A DNA stretch of 64,000 bases from a bacterium (GTDB lineage: Bacteria; Electryoneota; Electryoneia; Electryoneales; Electryoneaceae): NCBI GenBank assembly GCA_963669175.1, contig OY769902.1, forward strand, positions 2,432,001-2,496,000. Reading direction: 5' to 3'. This document shows, in pieces, positions 45,213 through 55,112 of the stretch (its first letter is position 1; the number at the start of each line of letters is the position of its first letter). Under the pieces are notes generated by a model. The model ran no database searches. It was not told where the DNA came from and worked only from the letters and a program-made list of their open reading frames with translations. The position numbers were made by a program, and so were the translations under genes.

Positions 45213-47900
45213 ATGTTGATACCGGAGCAGCGTTCGACGACCCTGGGGCAAGCCCGTATAATGTATCGCTATGTCTGGTTTGTGGGAATTATTTGGGTAT
45301 TCATTCTGATCGCTGGACCATGGAGAATCGACAAAGCCTCGCATAAAGCTGTGCGACAACTGGCGACCAACCAGGCAAGGGCATCCATAGCAAAAGATGT
45401 GTTGTATCGTACCTGGATGGGACACATGGGTGGCTTATATTCACCTGTCACGGAATATATCAAACCTAATAGCTATTTTCCTGAAGAGAACCGCGATTTA
45501 CTTACTTCCCAGGGTGATTCCCTCACCATTATCAATCCTACCTACATGTCTCGAATGGTGTACAAACTGTCTGTTGACAGCGGTTATGTGCAGGGCGGGC
45601 ATGTTGCAAGCTTGAAACCGGTTCATCCCGGCAATGTTGCCACAGACTGGGAGAAACGCGCTCTAGCCAAACTTTCTGATGGAAGAAATGAGTACTCTGA
45701 GATTGTTGAAGACGAAAATGGCGCAGTGCTGCGCTTTATGCGTCCGATCAGTTTTATTAATCCAGGTTGTTTGGATTGTCATCAAGGGTACGAGTTAGGG
45801 GACGTGGAGGGGGGAATCAGCGTAGCTGTTGATCTTGTTCCGATCAATGAGACTGCGCGAATCCACAGAAACGGTGAATTAACGGTCTTTTTCATCATTT
45901 GGTTTGTCGGACTGGGGCTGCTCTGTTTCGGAGCGTTCCAGCTACGTAAAAATATCAAGCAGATAGAAACAAGCCAGCAAGAACTCCACGAACAGCGCAC
46001 TTTCCTTCAAAATATTATTGACCAGAGTCCGGTTCTTCTATTTATCAAGGATCTTGAGGGCAGAATTGTCATGTGCAACAAGGCATTTGCTGCTGCATAT
46101 GGCGCCGATCCTGTCGATTTGTACGGGAAAACAGATTCAGAACTGCTAAATGATTCTGCATCCGTTGAACGCTACCAGAATGAAGATTGGGAGGTTATCC
46201 AGAGCCGAAAGGAAAAGCTGATTCCGGAAGGCCCCTTCATGCCGGGAGATGAACCGCAACGGTTTGTGCAGACAATCAAGAGTCCACTTTTTGATGCTGA
46301 TGGCAATGTGTGTAACCTGTTGTGTGTGTCCATGGAGATCACAGAACGGAAGCAGGCGGAAACAGCGCTGCGGAGAAGTGAAAACCATTTGCGTGTTATT
46401 ATTGAATCGACCAATGACGGCATTCTTGTCATGACGATCAATGATTTCAAAAAGGTATTTGCCAATCCTCGTTTCAGGGAGATGTTCCAGTATACGGAAG
46501 AAGAGCTGGATGATCCGGAATTCAATTACTGCCAGCTCATTGACGAAGATGACCAGGGCAAGCAGAAACCGAAATGTGAAGCCTTCCTGGGTAGTGATCG
46601 TGAACGCATGACGATCAAGTTAGGTGCGTGGCGAAAGAACAAGACTCGCCTTCACGTTGAAATAACTCTATCCAAAATCGTATGGGAAGGTCAACCGGCT
46701 TTGCTGGCAGTACACAGGGATATTACCGAGAAAGAGACCCTGGAAGCCGAATTGCGCCGTCAGCAGAAAATTGATGCCATTGGCGCCCTTGCTGGAGGCA
46801 TTGCACACGATTTTAACAATATCATCACCGGGATTATTGCACATGCTGAAATCGCTTCACTCAGGTATCAACCGGACGATAACATTCAGAAAGAGCTGGA
46901 TGGTATCCTGCGATCCGCAGACCGGGCGGCCGAACTGACACGCAAGCTTCTTGCCTTCAGTAGAAAACAGTTCCTCCAGTTTGAATCCATATCTTTGAAC
47001 AGTATGATACTGGAGATATCCCAGTTGCTGCGAAGGATTATCCGTGAAAACATCCAGTTAGACACGCAGCTCGATGAGAATCACTGGCCGGTATACGCGG
47101 ACAAAAGCCAGATGGAACAGGTGGTGCTGAACCTTGTCGTAAATGCTCGTGATGCGATTCAGGAATCCGGGATGCTCACCATTCGTACCATGAATACCAC
47201 CTTATCTGAAGAGGAATGTCAACGGTTCACAGAACTTCAACCGGGTGACTATGCCGTGCTGGAAGTGGAGGACTCTGGGCATGGGATGAGTGAAGAGGTT
47301 ATTGAGCATATTTTCGAACCCTTCTTCACAACGAAAGAGACCGGTAAGGGATCAGGATTGGGATTGTCTACTGTTTACGGTATAGTAAAACAGTGTAAGG
47401 GCGATATCGTTGTTACCAGCAAACCGGGAAAAGGAACCTGTTTCAGGCTGCATTTCCCACGTGCTGAAACAGAACCGGTAAATCACCAGGCAAAAATGAA
47501 AAAGGGCGATTTTCATGGGAAGGGTGAACTGATCCTTGTCGTTGAAGATGAGGAAAGCGTACGTTTGCATCTTGTTCGCACACTACAGGCGCTGAATTAT
47601 GTGGTGGTGGAAGCCGAGAACGGATTGGCTGCACTGGAACTCGTTAAATCACTGGACCAGGCGCCGGAGCTTGTCGTGGCTGATGTAGTCATGCCCGGGA
47701 TGGGTGGGATTCAGATGGTACAAATTCTTAGCGGGATGTATCCTTCCCTGAAAGTGCTGTTTATATCCGGATATGCTGGCGATAATCTGATCTCTTCACG
47801 CGAAATGGAAACTCCGTTTGTATATTTGCAGAAACCATTTCATGCCAGTGAACTGGCGCGGCAAGTATTCTTACTGATAACAGGTGAGCAGAATGGCTGA
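45213..47900 (+). CDS. Hybrid sensor histidine kinase: periplasmic DUF3365/Tll0287-like heme-c domain, 2 PAS, HisKA, HATPase, REC
   Basis: TM-flanked domain with NP.YM.R, SLKP.HP.N...DWE, CLDCH, GGISV; LAGGIAHDFNN, NL..NARDA, D.G.GM, FEPFFTTK..G.G.GLGL; receiver LVVEDE, D.VMP, KPF. Confidence 0.9.
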   Translation: MLIPEQRSTTLGQARIMYRYVWFVGIIWVFILIAGPWRIDKASHKAVRQLATNQARASIAKDVLYRTWMGHMGGLYSPVTEYIKPNSYFPEENRDLLTSQGDSLTIINPTYMSRMVYKLSVDSGYVQGGHVASLKPVHPGNVATDWEKRALAKLSDGRNEYSEIVEDENGAVLRFMRPISFINPGCLDCHQGYELGDVEGGISVAVDLVPINETARIHRNGELTVFFIIWFVGLGLLCFGAFQLRKNIKQIETSQQELHEQRTFLQNIIDQSPVLLFIKDLEGRIVMCNKAFAAAYGADPVDLYGKTDSELLNDSASVERYQNEDWEVIQSRKEKLIPEGPFMPGDEPQRFVQTIKSPLFDADGNVCNLLCVSMEITERKQAETALRRSENHLRVIIESTNDGILVMTINDFKKVFANPRFREMFQYTEEELDDPEFNYCQLIDEDDQGKQKPKCEAFLGSDRERMTIKLGAWRKNKTRLHVEITLSKIVWEGQPALLAVHRDITEKETLEAELRRQQKIDAIGALAGGIAHDFNNIITGIIAHAEIASLRYQPDDNIQKELDGILRSADRAAELTRKLLAFSRKQFLQFESISLNSMILEISQLLRRIIRENIQLDTQLDENHWPVYADKSQMEQVVLNLVVNARDAIQESGMLTIRTMNTTLSEEECQRFTELQPGDYAVLEVEDSGHGMSEEVIEHIFEPFFTTKETGKGSGLGLSTVYGIVKQCKGDIVVTSKPGKGTCFRLHFPRAETEPVNHQAKMKKGDFHGKGELILVVEDEESVRLHLVRTLQALNYVVVEAENGLAALELVKSLDQAPELVVADVVMPGMGGIQMVQILSGMYPSLKVLFISGYAGDNLISSREMETPFVYLQKPFHASELARQVFLLITGEQNG

Positions 47901-48885
47901 AAAGCTACGCATTGCCCTGGTTGGAGCCACGGGACTGGTAGGGCTGACAGCGCTGAAAGTACTGGATGAACAGCAACTTCCTCCTTTCGAGCTGTTTCCC
48001 TTTGCATCAGAGCAACGGGCGGGATCAGAAGTCACCTGTAATGGGAAGTCATGGACTGTCCAGGCTGTCCCGCATACGCCACCTGAAGTAGACTATGCGC
48101 TTTTCACTGCGCCTGGAAATCTCGCCCGGAATCTTGTCCCGGATTGGTTGAAAGCCGGAATTCGCATTATCGATAACGCTTCTGTGTTCAGGATGGCCTA
48201 TGGTGTGCCGCTCATCGTTCCGGAGGTAAATGCTTTCAGGATCCAGGATGCAAATGGGTTAATCGCAAATCCAAATTGCAGCACCATTCAGCTTGCAGTA
48301 GCGCTAGCGCCCCTGCACCGGAAGTGGGGCTTGCGGCGGGTCTCTGTGGCGACATACCAGGCGGTGGCCGGTGCGGGACGTGATGCTGTGGAGGACTGGA
48401 AGGCCGAAGTGGAAGGAAAATCCCCGGTACATGGTAAATTCCCTGCCCACATTCATGCGAATGTGCTGCCCCAGATCGGTGAAATGGATGAAAATGGTTA
48501 CAATGTGGAAGAGGTAAAACTTTCCCAGGAAATGACCAAGATTCTCGAGTTGACGAATGTTCCCATTGCCGCCACGTGTGTGCGTGTCCCGGTTGAGATC
48601 GGGCATGCGGAGGCGGTGGAAGTGCAACTTGCTGACGCACCTGCTATTGAGGATGTGTTGGGAACGCTCGAAAGAGGCAGCGGAATAATACTGCATCGTA
48701 AGAATGAGAGTTTTCCCATGCCGATTGACATTGCCGGACAGGATCCGGTACATGTCGGACGTGTCAGGCGCCATCCCATGCTGGATGATACTTATCTGCT
48801 ATGGGTTGTAGCGGATAATCTGCGCAAGGGAGCAGCTACAAATGCGGTGCAGATTCTCCAGCGCTGGATAACCCAGACAATATAG
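47893..48885 (+). CDS. asd: Aspartate-semialdehyde dehydrogenase
   Basis: GATGLVG, VPEVN, IANPNCSTIQ, TCVRVPV..GH, DNLRKGAATNAVQI. Confidence 0.95.
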   Translation: MAEKLRIALVGATGLVGLTALKVLDEQQLPPFELFPFASEQRAGSEVTCNGKSWTVQAVPHTPPEVDYALFTAPGNLARNLVPDWLKAGIRIIDNASVFRMAYGVPLIVPEVNAFRIQDANGLIANPNCSTIQLAVALAPLHRKWGLRRVSVATYQAVAGAGRDAVEDWKAEVEGKSPVHGKFPAHIHANVLPQIGEMDENGYNVEEVKLSQEMTKILELTNVPIAATCVRVPVEIGHAEAVEVQLADAPAIEDVLGTLERGSGIILHRKNESFPMPIDIAGQDPVHVGRVRRHPMLDDTYLLWVVADNLRKGAATNAVQILQRWITQTI

Positions 48886-48965
48886 ATTAAGTGTATTTTT
48901 CTCTTGAGCGAATGTTAATTATAAGCTACTTTGTATTGACGCTAAGAACAGCTTCGGGTGCAGCC

Positions 48966-50672
48966 ATGAGAAATCCAGATTTTAACACCTTGGCACGATT
49001 GTATTCTCGTCATTCGCTTTCCTCGATTCTTCGTTACGTTTCATCGCCGCTGAAACTCTGTCTACTACTCTTGTTGCTTGTTCCGGCTGTCGTTCTGGCC
49101 GGCGCATGGGGCAATAGTGGTATTCTGTTGCGTGGCACCGGCGAGTCCGATCCTGATGGCCAGGTTCAGTGCGCCAAACTGGTTCCGGCAAATGAATCCT
49201 TATGGGTCGCATGGCTGGACAACCGGGATGATCCCAACAGGTATGGTGGCCGAATCTATGTGCAGGCGGTGTCTGAGGAAGGGATCGTAGCGAACCCGGA
49301 TGGTGGAATTCTGCTGGAAGGATTGGGGTGGTGTCCCGATGAACAGGCTTTTGATGTGATTCCCGATGGGGATGGCGGCCTGATGGTATGTACCACGGAC
49401 GAAGATACGCCCGGTGAGCCGAAACTGATCCAGCGGTACAACGTCAACAGTCAGCCGGTCTGGGATGAGCCGGTCTGCATTCCGGAAGTACTGTGGACCC
49501 AGCGAGTGCTATCCCTTGGCACTAATGGTATGCTGATGGCTGTTGGAATGGCGACTGAGCCGTCCATGCTGCTGGCGGCAATTTCCACGGAAGGTGAGGT
49601 TTCCTCGTGGACCATATTCTCCGAACCTTCTGCACGTTCCACACTTCCCATTGGCCTGTTTCCACGAACCGGAGGGTATCTGGCGCTTGGCCGGATTATT
49701 CGAACTGCCAATACCAGCGATTGCCGGCGTTTGCTCCTAAGTTACGGTGGTGAGCCCAACGGTTCCACGGCTGGCGTGGTTTTCTACTGGGGGCGTGTTT
49801 ATGATCTGGACGCCTATCCGTTAGAATCGAACCAGGCCGTGTTCCTCGTCTCCGGTCTGGAATATAATCTCCTGGCCCAGTATTTCTCATCGACGGGATA
49901 TGCCCACTACGATTACCTGGGACGCCAGGTTTTTCCCGGCGAAGCAACCTCTTTCAGTGCATGCGCGGCTGAAAACGGGTTCTGGGCGCTGGTGAACCAG
50001 TACAGCGACGGAATTCGCAGTATATACCTGAATCGTTTTAATAACGGCCCTAATCCACAACTGACCAATATTGCCGTTTCAAACCATGCCGCTTCGGACC
50101 CGGTCGCACCGATTATCCCGGATGGTGCGGGAGGTGTTTTTGGTGTGTTCAGGCACGATTCGGAGACGACTCCCTATGTAAGCCTGTGGGATTCCGATGG
50201 GGAACGCAGGGAAGGGTACGAGGCAAATATCAGGCTGGACCCACTTTCTCTCGAAGCAGAAATCGAAGATATAAAGTCCGTGTGGCGTTCTTTCATTGTG
50301 ACCTACCGTCAGGATCGAAGCGAAAATAACCGTAAGGGGCTGATCGTACAATCCTTCCCGAATACGGCGCCGGATGATGTTCCCGAAGCTGGCATCAGCG
50401 GTTTGCCCGAGACATTCAGCATCAACACGGTCTATCCCAATCCTTTCAACAGCCAGACGAGGGTCAGTCTGACCGTGCCTCTACGTGAGCAAGTACAGCT
50501 TACCTTGTACGATGTGCTGGGACGTTCTGTTCAGCAGTGGAGCCTGATACCTGAAGCAAACGGTATTCTTGAGCAGACCATTGATCTCAAAGCGCAAGCC
50601 GGTGGGGTCTACTTCCTGCGAGCCATGCAAGGGGATCAAACCGCTACTGCAAGATTATTATTGGTGAAGTGA
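48966..50672 (+). CDS. Secreted beta-propeller-like protein with T9SS-type C-terminal sorting domain
   Basis: Signal peptide ending VVLA; W.D.R, IYVQ, PDGDGG, PDGAGG motifs; C-terminal VYPNPFNS...GGVYFLR...RLLLVK; exact start uncertain. Confidence 0.75.
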   Translation: MRNPDFNTLARLYSRHSLSSILRYVSSPLKLCLLLLLLVPAVVLAGAWGNSGILLRGTGESDPDGQVQCAKLVPANESLWVAWLDNRDDPNRYGGRIYVQAVSEEGIVANPDGGILLEGLGWCPDEQAFDVIPDGDGGLMVCTTDEDTPGEPKLIQRYNVNSQPVWDEPVCIPEVLWTQRVLSLGTNGMLMAVGMATEPSMLLAAISTEGEVSSWTIFSEPSARSTLPIGLFPRTGGYLALGRIIRTANTSDCRRLLLSYGGEPNGSTAGVVFYWGRVYDLDAYPLESNQAVFLVSGLEYNLLAQYFSSTGYAHYDYLGRQVFPGEATSFSACAAENGFWALVNQYSDGIRSIYLNRFNNGPNPQLTNIAVSNHAASDPVAPIIPDGAGGVFGVFRHDSETTPYVSLWDSDGERREGYEANIRLDPLSLEAEIEDIKSVWRSFIVTYRQDRSENNRKGLIVQSFPNTAPDDVPEAGISGLPETFSINTVYPNPFNSQTRVSLTVPLREQVQLTLYDVLGRSVQQWSLIPEANGILEQTIDLKAQAGGVYFLRAMQGDQTATARLLLVK

Positions 50673-50678
50673 GGAAAC

Positions 50679-51062
50679 ATGCCTTTTTCCATACGCATCA
50701 TGGTGGACAGCCTGATCCTGGATGCAGAACTGAACGATAGTCCCACTTCGAAAAGTATCATCAAGAAGCTTCCCTTGAAATTTGGCGGAGATTATTGGGG
50801 CGACGAACTGTATGGCAGCATCGGCGTCTCGGATGATGAGGCAGAGGATGCGGTTGAGGTCATCGAACAACCGGGCACATTGGGTTACTGGCCGGTAGGG
50901 GATGCGTTCTGCATTTTCTGGGGACCGACTCCCCTTTCCCAAGGGGATGAAATCCGGCCGGCCAGCGCAATCAATGTAATCGGGCTGGTAACCCGAGGCT
51001 TGGAAGACCTGATCGAACAGCGCCCCAATCCTTTGCACATCCTGATCGAAGCTGCGAAATAA
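50679..51062 (+). CDS. Cyclophilin-like fold protein (DUF369 type)
   Basis: AEL.D..T...I...LP, WGDELY, G.LGYWP.G.AFCIFWGPTP.S...EIRPAS..NVIG. Confidence 0.8.
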   Translation: MPFSIRIMVDSLILDAELNDSPTSKSIIKKLPLKFGGDYWGDELYGSIGVSDDEAEDAVEVIEQPGTLGYWPVGDAFCIFWGPTPLSQGDEIRPASAINVIGLVTRGLEDLIEQRPNPLHILIEAAK

Positions 51063-51179
51063 ATCCTACTGGATACTTGTTGTCCGACTGCAAGCAGTTG
51101 TCGTATCCTGTCATCCCCAGCGAAGAGCCTGCTCCGAATGGTGTTGTCGAGGATGAACACACCTGATGTGAAGGGTAGC

Positions 51180-51319
51180 GGCGAAAAATGGGACTGTTAC
51201 CTTTTCTTGTTTCTAATGCAGGATACTATAGACCATGTTGATGAAAAGGTAACTGTACCAAATTTTTCGCCAGTTTGTTGTTCCAGATCAGTCGAAAATC
51301 CTGGGACAGCTACCTTTTC
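51180..51319. repeat. Three copies of a ~27-29 bp REP-like element in alternating orientation
   Basis: ggcgaaaaatgggactgttaccttttc (51180-51206), inverted gaaaaggtaactgtaccaaatttttcgcc (51243-51271), cgaaaatcctgggacagctaccttttc (51293-51319). Confidence 0.7.
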
Positions 51320-51656
51320 TGTTATTAGATTGCGTATAAAGGCCAGTATTCATTTATACAACCTATCAGTAACCTTGTGCTCAGGTAATGTCTCTTGCAG
51401 AAAAGAGTAGCAGTCCCGATTTTCCATCAGATTCCATCACGTATTGTTGTGCGATCACTTCGAAAGCGTCGAAGAGACGTTGTTAATAGTCTGGCGCCCC
51501 CTCGGCTTGGCTGAACAGCGAAGAAGCGAGAAAGAAGTAGCAGCAAGCAGAAGGGGCACACTCTCCCGGTCAAACCTTTACACTCAGTCCCACCTTGTAA
51601 TCCCCTCGTGAAAAACCTATGTTTCCCGCAGTAACAAACCAGGAAGGATAGATGCA

Positions 51657-52319
51657 ATGAGTAAATCCGCTTTTCGCTGGTATATTTTTGATATGGATGG
51701 AACCCTGATGGATTCCAGCTACGCCATTGGTATGGGCGTAATTCATTCGCTGGCGTCTATCGGTATTGATGGAATCGAGGTGGATGATATTCGTCGCTGG
51801 ATCGGACGTCCCCTGCTTGAGATTTACGACTGGTATATCAAGGATCGAGATTCGGACTTTCAGCTTACCGAACAAAGCCTGTCTGATCTGGTAGAAGTGT
51901 ACCGTGAAGGCCATGATGCACATTTCCCTTCCGGAGTGAAAATCTATCCTGGTTCACTGGAAAAGCTTGCTGCTTTACGTGCGGCCGGGTGTGGTCTGGC
52001 TATCGCTACAACGAAATATGAAGAAGCTGCGAAATTTGTGATCGAAGGTATGGGTATGGGGGATGCTCTCGATTCAATCTGTGGGACTGATCCCGGGAAA
52101 CCGGTCAAACCAGATCCATTTGTCATCAACCTGGCGCTGGAACGGTTGGGGGCTGATCCTGCGGAGACGCTGGTGGTAGGAGATACGCAGGCGGATATTC
52201 TTGCCGGGCGTGCGGCTGGATGCAAGGTTGCCGGAGTTACCTATGGATTCGGGAAGCGGGAAGATCTGCTTCAACTGAAGCCCGACTTTCTGTTGGATTC
52301 TGTGACACAAGTGCCATAA
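51657..52319 (+). CDS. HAD-superfamily hydrolase (phosphoglycolate phosphatase-like)
   Basis: FDMDGTL.DS, ATTK, KPDP, VGDT..DI.AG. Confidence 0.9.
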   Translation: MSKSAFRWYIFDMDGTLMDSSYAIGMGVIHSLASIGIDGIEVDDIRRWIGRPLLEIYDWYIKDRDSDFQLTEQSLSDLVEVYREGHDAHFPSGVKIYPGSLEKLAALRAAGCGLAIATTKYEEAAKFVIEGMGMGDALDSICGTDPGKPVKPDPFVINLALERLGADPAETLVVGDTQADILAGRAAGCKVAGVTYGFGKREDLLQLKPDFLLDSVTQVP

Positions 52320-52614
52320 ACATCTAGATTTACTTGCGAGTTGGGCGACAATCTTCAAGCCTGCTCTCTAACAGTACTGTAGCATGAGTATCTCTACTAT
52401 ACTCAACGGTCTACTTTCGATAAATTCTCTGTCACACTTGCGATACAGGTGATTAGCCTCTACTTTCGGACCGGGGGATCAGACCGTAGTAATCTCGCAC
52501 TTGCCTTTCTAATTTCCGGTTTCTTGTTTTCATTCCCCTCATCATCGTGAAACATGCGATGAGTATTCCTTTTGAAACCTTGTCAGTGCGCTGATTTTAC
52601 AAGGATGCTGTCAC

Positions 52615-55071
52615 ATGAGAATCCGTCTTGGTTCAGTCCTGTTCCTGCTATTCCTGGCTGGAAATGTTCTTGCGCAACAGGTTGGTTCCCTTCGGATAGG
52701 AATCGTCACGGATGGTCCGCATCCGTTTTCTGATCTGGCTCGCAGGTATATTCAGGAAGAAATTACATCCCTGCTGGATGGAGAATACGAGGTCGAGTTT
52801 CCGGCACGCATGCAGGTGACCTGTGACTGGTCAGCAAATGGGGTGCGAAAAGCGATCATGACGCAGATGGTAGATCCCGAATGTGATATCGTGATTGCTT
52901 CCGGGCCGGTTGCATCGTATATCGGCGCAACTCTCGAAATGTATCCCAAACTGCTTATCGCTCCCTTTGTTTTTAATCCAAACCTGCCTGCCATTCCTTA
53001 TTCAGAAGGAACTTCCGGCAAAGAAAACCTGACCTATATGACCGTTCCCGGCCTGTGGCAGGAAGACTTGCAGGTATTCCACGGTATCACACCATTCACA
53101 AAACTGGCGGTATTGGCGCCCGAAACCATGACGGAAGAGATTCCGCAATGTGGCGAAAATTTTCGTGCGGTTGCGCTTCAGCATGGTATTGAGTTGACAG
53201 CAATCCCGGTTGGTTCGGACCCAAACAGTGTCCTGGAGCAGATCGGCCCGGATATTGAAGCGGTTTATATCGGCTCCCTGTTACCCCTGGATGATGAAGA
53301 CACCCGGTGGTTGATACAGAAACTGATCGAACGTGATCTGCCGACATTTTCGTTGCTTGGCTGGTTTGATGTGCAGCGTGGAGTGCTTGCCGGACGAACC
53401 ACGGATGAATTCCTGGTGCAACGTGCTCGTCGGGTGGCGCTGGATATCATGCGTGTAATGAATGGAGAGAAAGCAGAAGATTTGCCGGTTATTACCAGCA
53501 GTAGCAGTAAACTGGTTATCAACAAAACGACGATGCGAAAGCTGGGTGTTTCACCGGCCTGGGATATTATCGCCGCCGCTGAAATGATCGTGACGGAAAA
53601 GGAAAGCATCGAAAGAAAGTTGTCACTGGCCGATGCCATGCGTGAGGCAGTGGAAGTCAATCCTGATCTCCTGGCGGAACGGCTTGCGGTTGAGAGTGGC
53701 AAGCAGGATGTACGCTTGGCGTGGTCCAACTGGTTGCCGTCGGTAGATCTGTCTGCAACAGGCGCATTTATCGATGAGGATCGAGCTGAGGCCAGCATGG
53801 GACAGGCTGCCGAACGGACATTCAGCGGGGAAGGGCAGGTGAACCAGTTGCTTTTCTCTGAACCGGCCATGGCGAATGTATCCATCCAGAAAAAATTGCA
53901 GGCACAACGGGAATACCATCTGAAACAAGTGAAGCTTGATATCGCCCTGGATGCTGCGGAAGCGTATTTAACACTGCTCCAGACTAAGGCGATGGAACGA
54001 ATCAGCCGTGAGAATCTGCGGGTAAGTCGTGAAAACCTCGAATTGGCGCGTGTGCGTGAAGCCATCGGTTCAGCCAGCGCATCGGAGGTCTATCGTTGGG
54101 AAGCGGAGATCGCCAGCAATACCATTGACGCCATCAATGCCAACAGCCGTAGAAACCTGGCCGAAATGCAACTGAATCGTGTGTTGCGCAGACCGACAGA
54201 AGAAGCCTTTGAAACACTGGAAAAGGACATCAACGACACCATGCTGATCGAAGCAAACAGTCGAGTCCTGAAATATTTTGATGATCCGCTCAGCTTCAAA
54301 TTGCTGAGATCCTACCTCGTGGAAGCCGGGTTGGCGAACTCGCCGGAAATAGCCCAGCTTGACCAGGCCATAGCAGCCCAGAAGAGGCAGCTTAGGTCCA
54401 CAAAGTTCTCGCATTTTGCACCGACGGTCGGCGTGATGCTTTCCGTGGAAAACGTATTTGATCGTTCAGGCGCCGGGACCGGTTCTTCCGCTTCGGGGGA
54501 ATCGTTTGGCAGCATTATGTACGGTCTGAATGAAGTACGAGTGGTAAATGGATTGACACCGGTGATGATGTCCAGCTTCCCGGAAGCGGACGATGTCAAC
54601 ATGACCATCGGCATCAATGTATCCTTGCCCCTGTTTGAGGGTGGGGCCAAGTTCGCTCGCAGGCAGCAGGCTTCTGTGGAAGTGAGCAAACTGGAAATGC
54701 AGCGTCGTTCACTGGCTGACAAGCTGGAGCAGAATATCCGGTCAACACTTCATACTGTTGGCGCTTCCTACGCCAGTATCCGACTCAGCCGTCAGGCTGC
54801 CGAAGCAGCGGATAAATCCTATGCAGTCGTAAGTGATTATTACGCGCAGGGAATGGTTGGGATCATAGAGTTGCTGGATGCGCAGAACATGGCGCTGCAA
54901 GCGGATCTGGCCGCAGCGAACGCTCTTTACCAGTTCCTGCTGGATTTTATGAATATGCAGCGCGCTCTTGGGCAGTTTGAAATCTTCGAAGAACCGGATG
55001 ACATAGATGCCGCATATAATGACATGGATGCCTTTATCGAGAACACCAAGGCCAGCCTTGGCGTACACTAA
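52615..55071 (+). CDS. TolC-family outer-membrane efflux protein with N-terminal ABC substrate-binding-like domain (818 aa)
   Basis: Signal peptide; ~300-aa N-terminal alpha/beta domain (IGIVTDG, LPTFS..G..DV..GVLAG, LVINK); two OEP halves (LSLADA...A...NPDL, AEAYL.LL, SLPLFEGG, Y.QG.....ELLDAQ). Confidence 0.85.
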   Translation: MRIRLGSVLFLLFLAGNVLAQQVGSLRIGIVTDGPHPFSDLARRYIQEEITSLLDGEYEVEFPARMQVTCDWSANGVRKAIMTQMVDPECDIVIASGPVASYIGATLEMYPKLLIAPFVFNPNLPAIPYSEGTSGKENLTYMTVPGLWQEDLQVFHGITPFTKLAVLAPETMTEEIPQCGENFRAVALQHGIELTAIPVGSDPNSVLEQIGPDIEAVYIGSLLPLDDEDTRWLIQKLIERDLPTFSLLGWFDVQRGVLAGRTTDEFLVQRARRVALDIMRVMNGEKAEDLPVITSSSSKLVINKTTMRKLGVSPAWDIIAAAEMIVTEKESIERKLSLADAMREAVEVNPDLLAERLAVESGKQDVRLAWSNWLPSVDLSATGAFIDEDRAEASMGQAAERTFSGEGQVNQLLFSEPAMANVSIQKKLQAQREYHLKQVKLDIALDAAEAYLTLLQTKAMERISRENLRVSRENLELARVREAIGSASASEVYRWEAEIASNTIDAINANSRRNLAEMQLNRVLRRPTEEAFETLEKDINDTMLIEANSRVLKYFDDPLSFKLLRSYLVEAGLANSPEIAQLDQAIAAQKRQLRSTKFSHFAPTVGVMLSVENVFDRSGAGTGSSASGESFGSIMYGLNEVRVVNGLTPVMMSSFPEADDVNMTIGINVSLPLFEGGAKFARRQQASVEVSKLEMQRRSLADKLEQNIRSTLHTVGASYASIRLSRQAAEAADKSYAVVSDYYAQGMVGIIELLDAQNMALQADLAAANALYQFLLDFMNMQRALGQFEIFEEPDDIDAAYNDMDAFIENTKASLGVH

Positions 55072-55112
55072 TGATTGATTTTCAAACACCAACGATTCGG
55101 GGGAGAATAGCC

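Noticed and set aside
52320-52614. Riboswitch or ncRNA upstream of the TolC-RND operon
   Set aside because: Only short dyads (GAGTAT/ATACTC, CATCG/CGATG); no recognisable Rfam consensus by eye.
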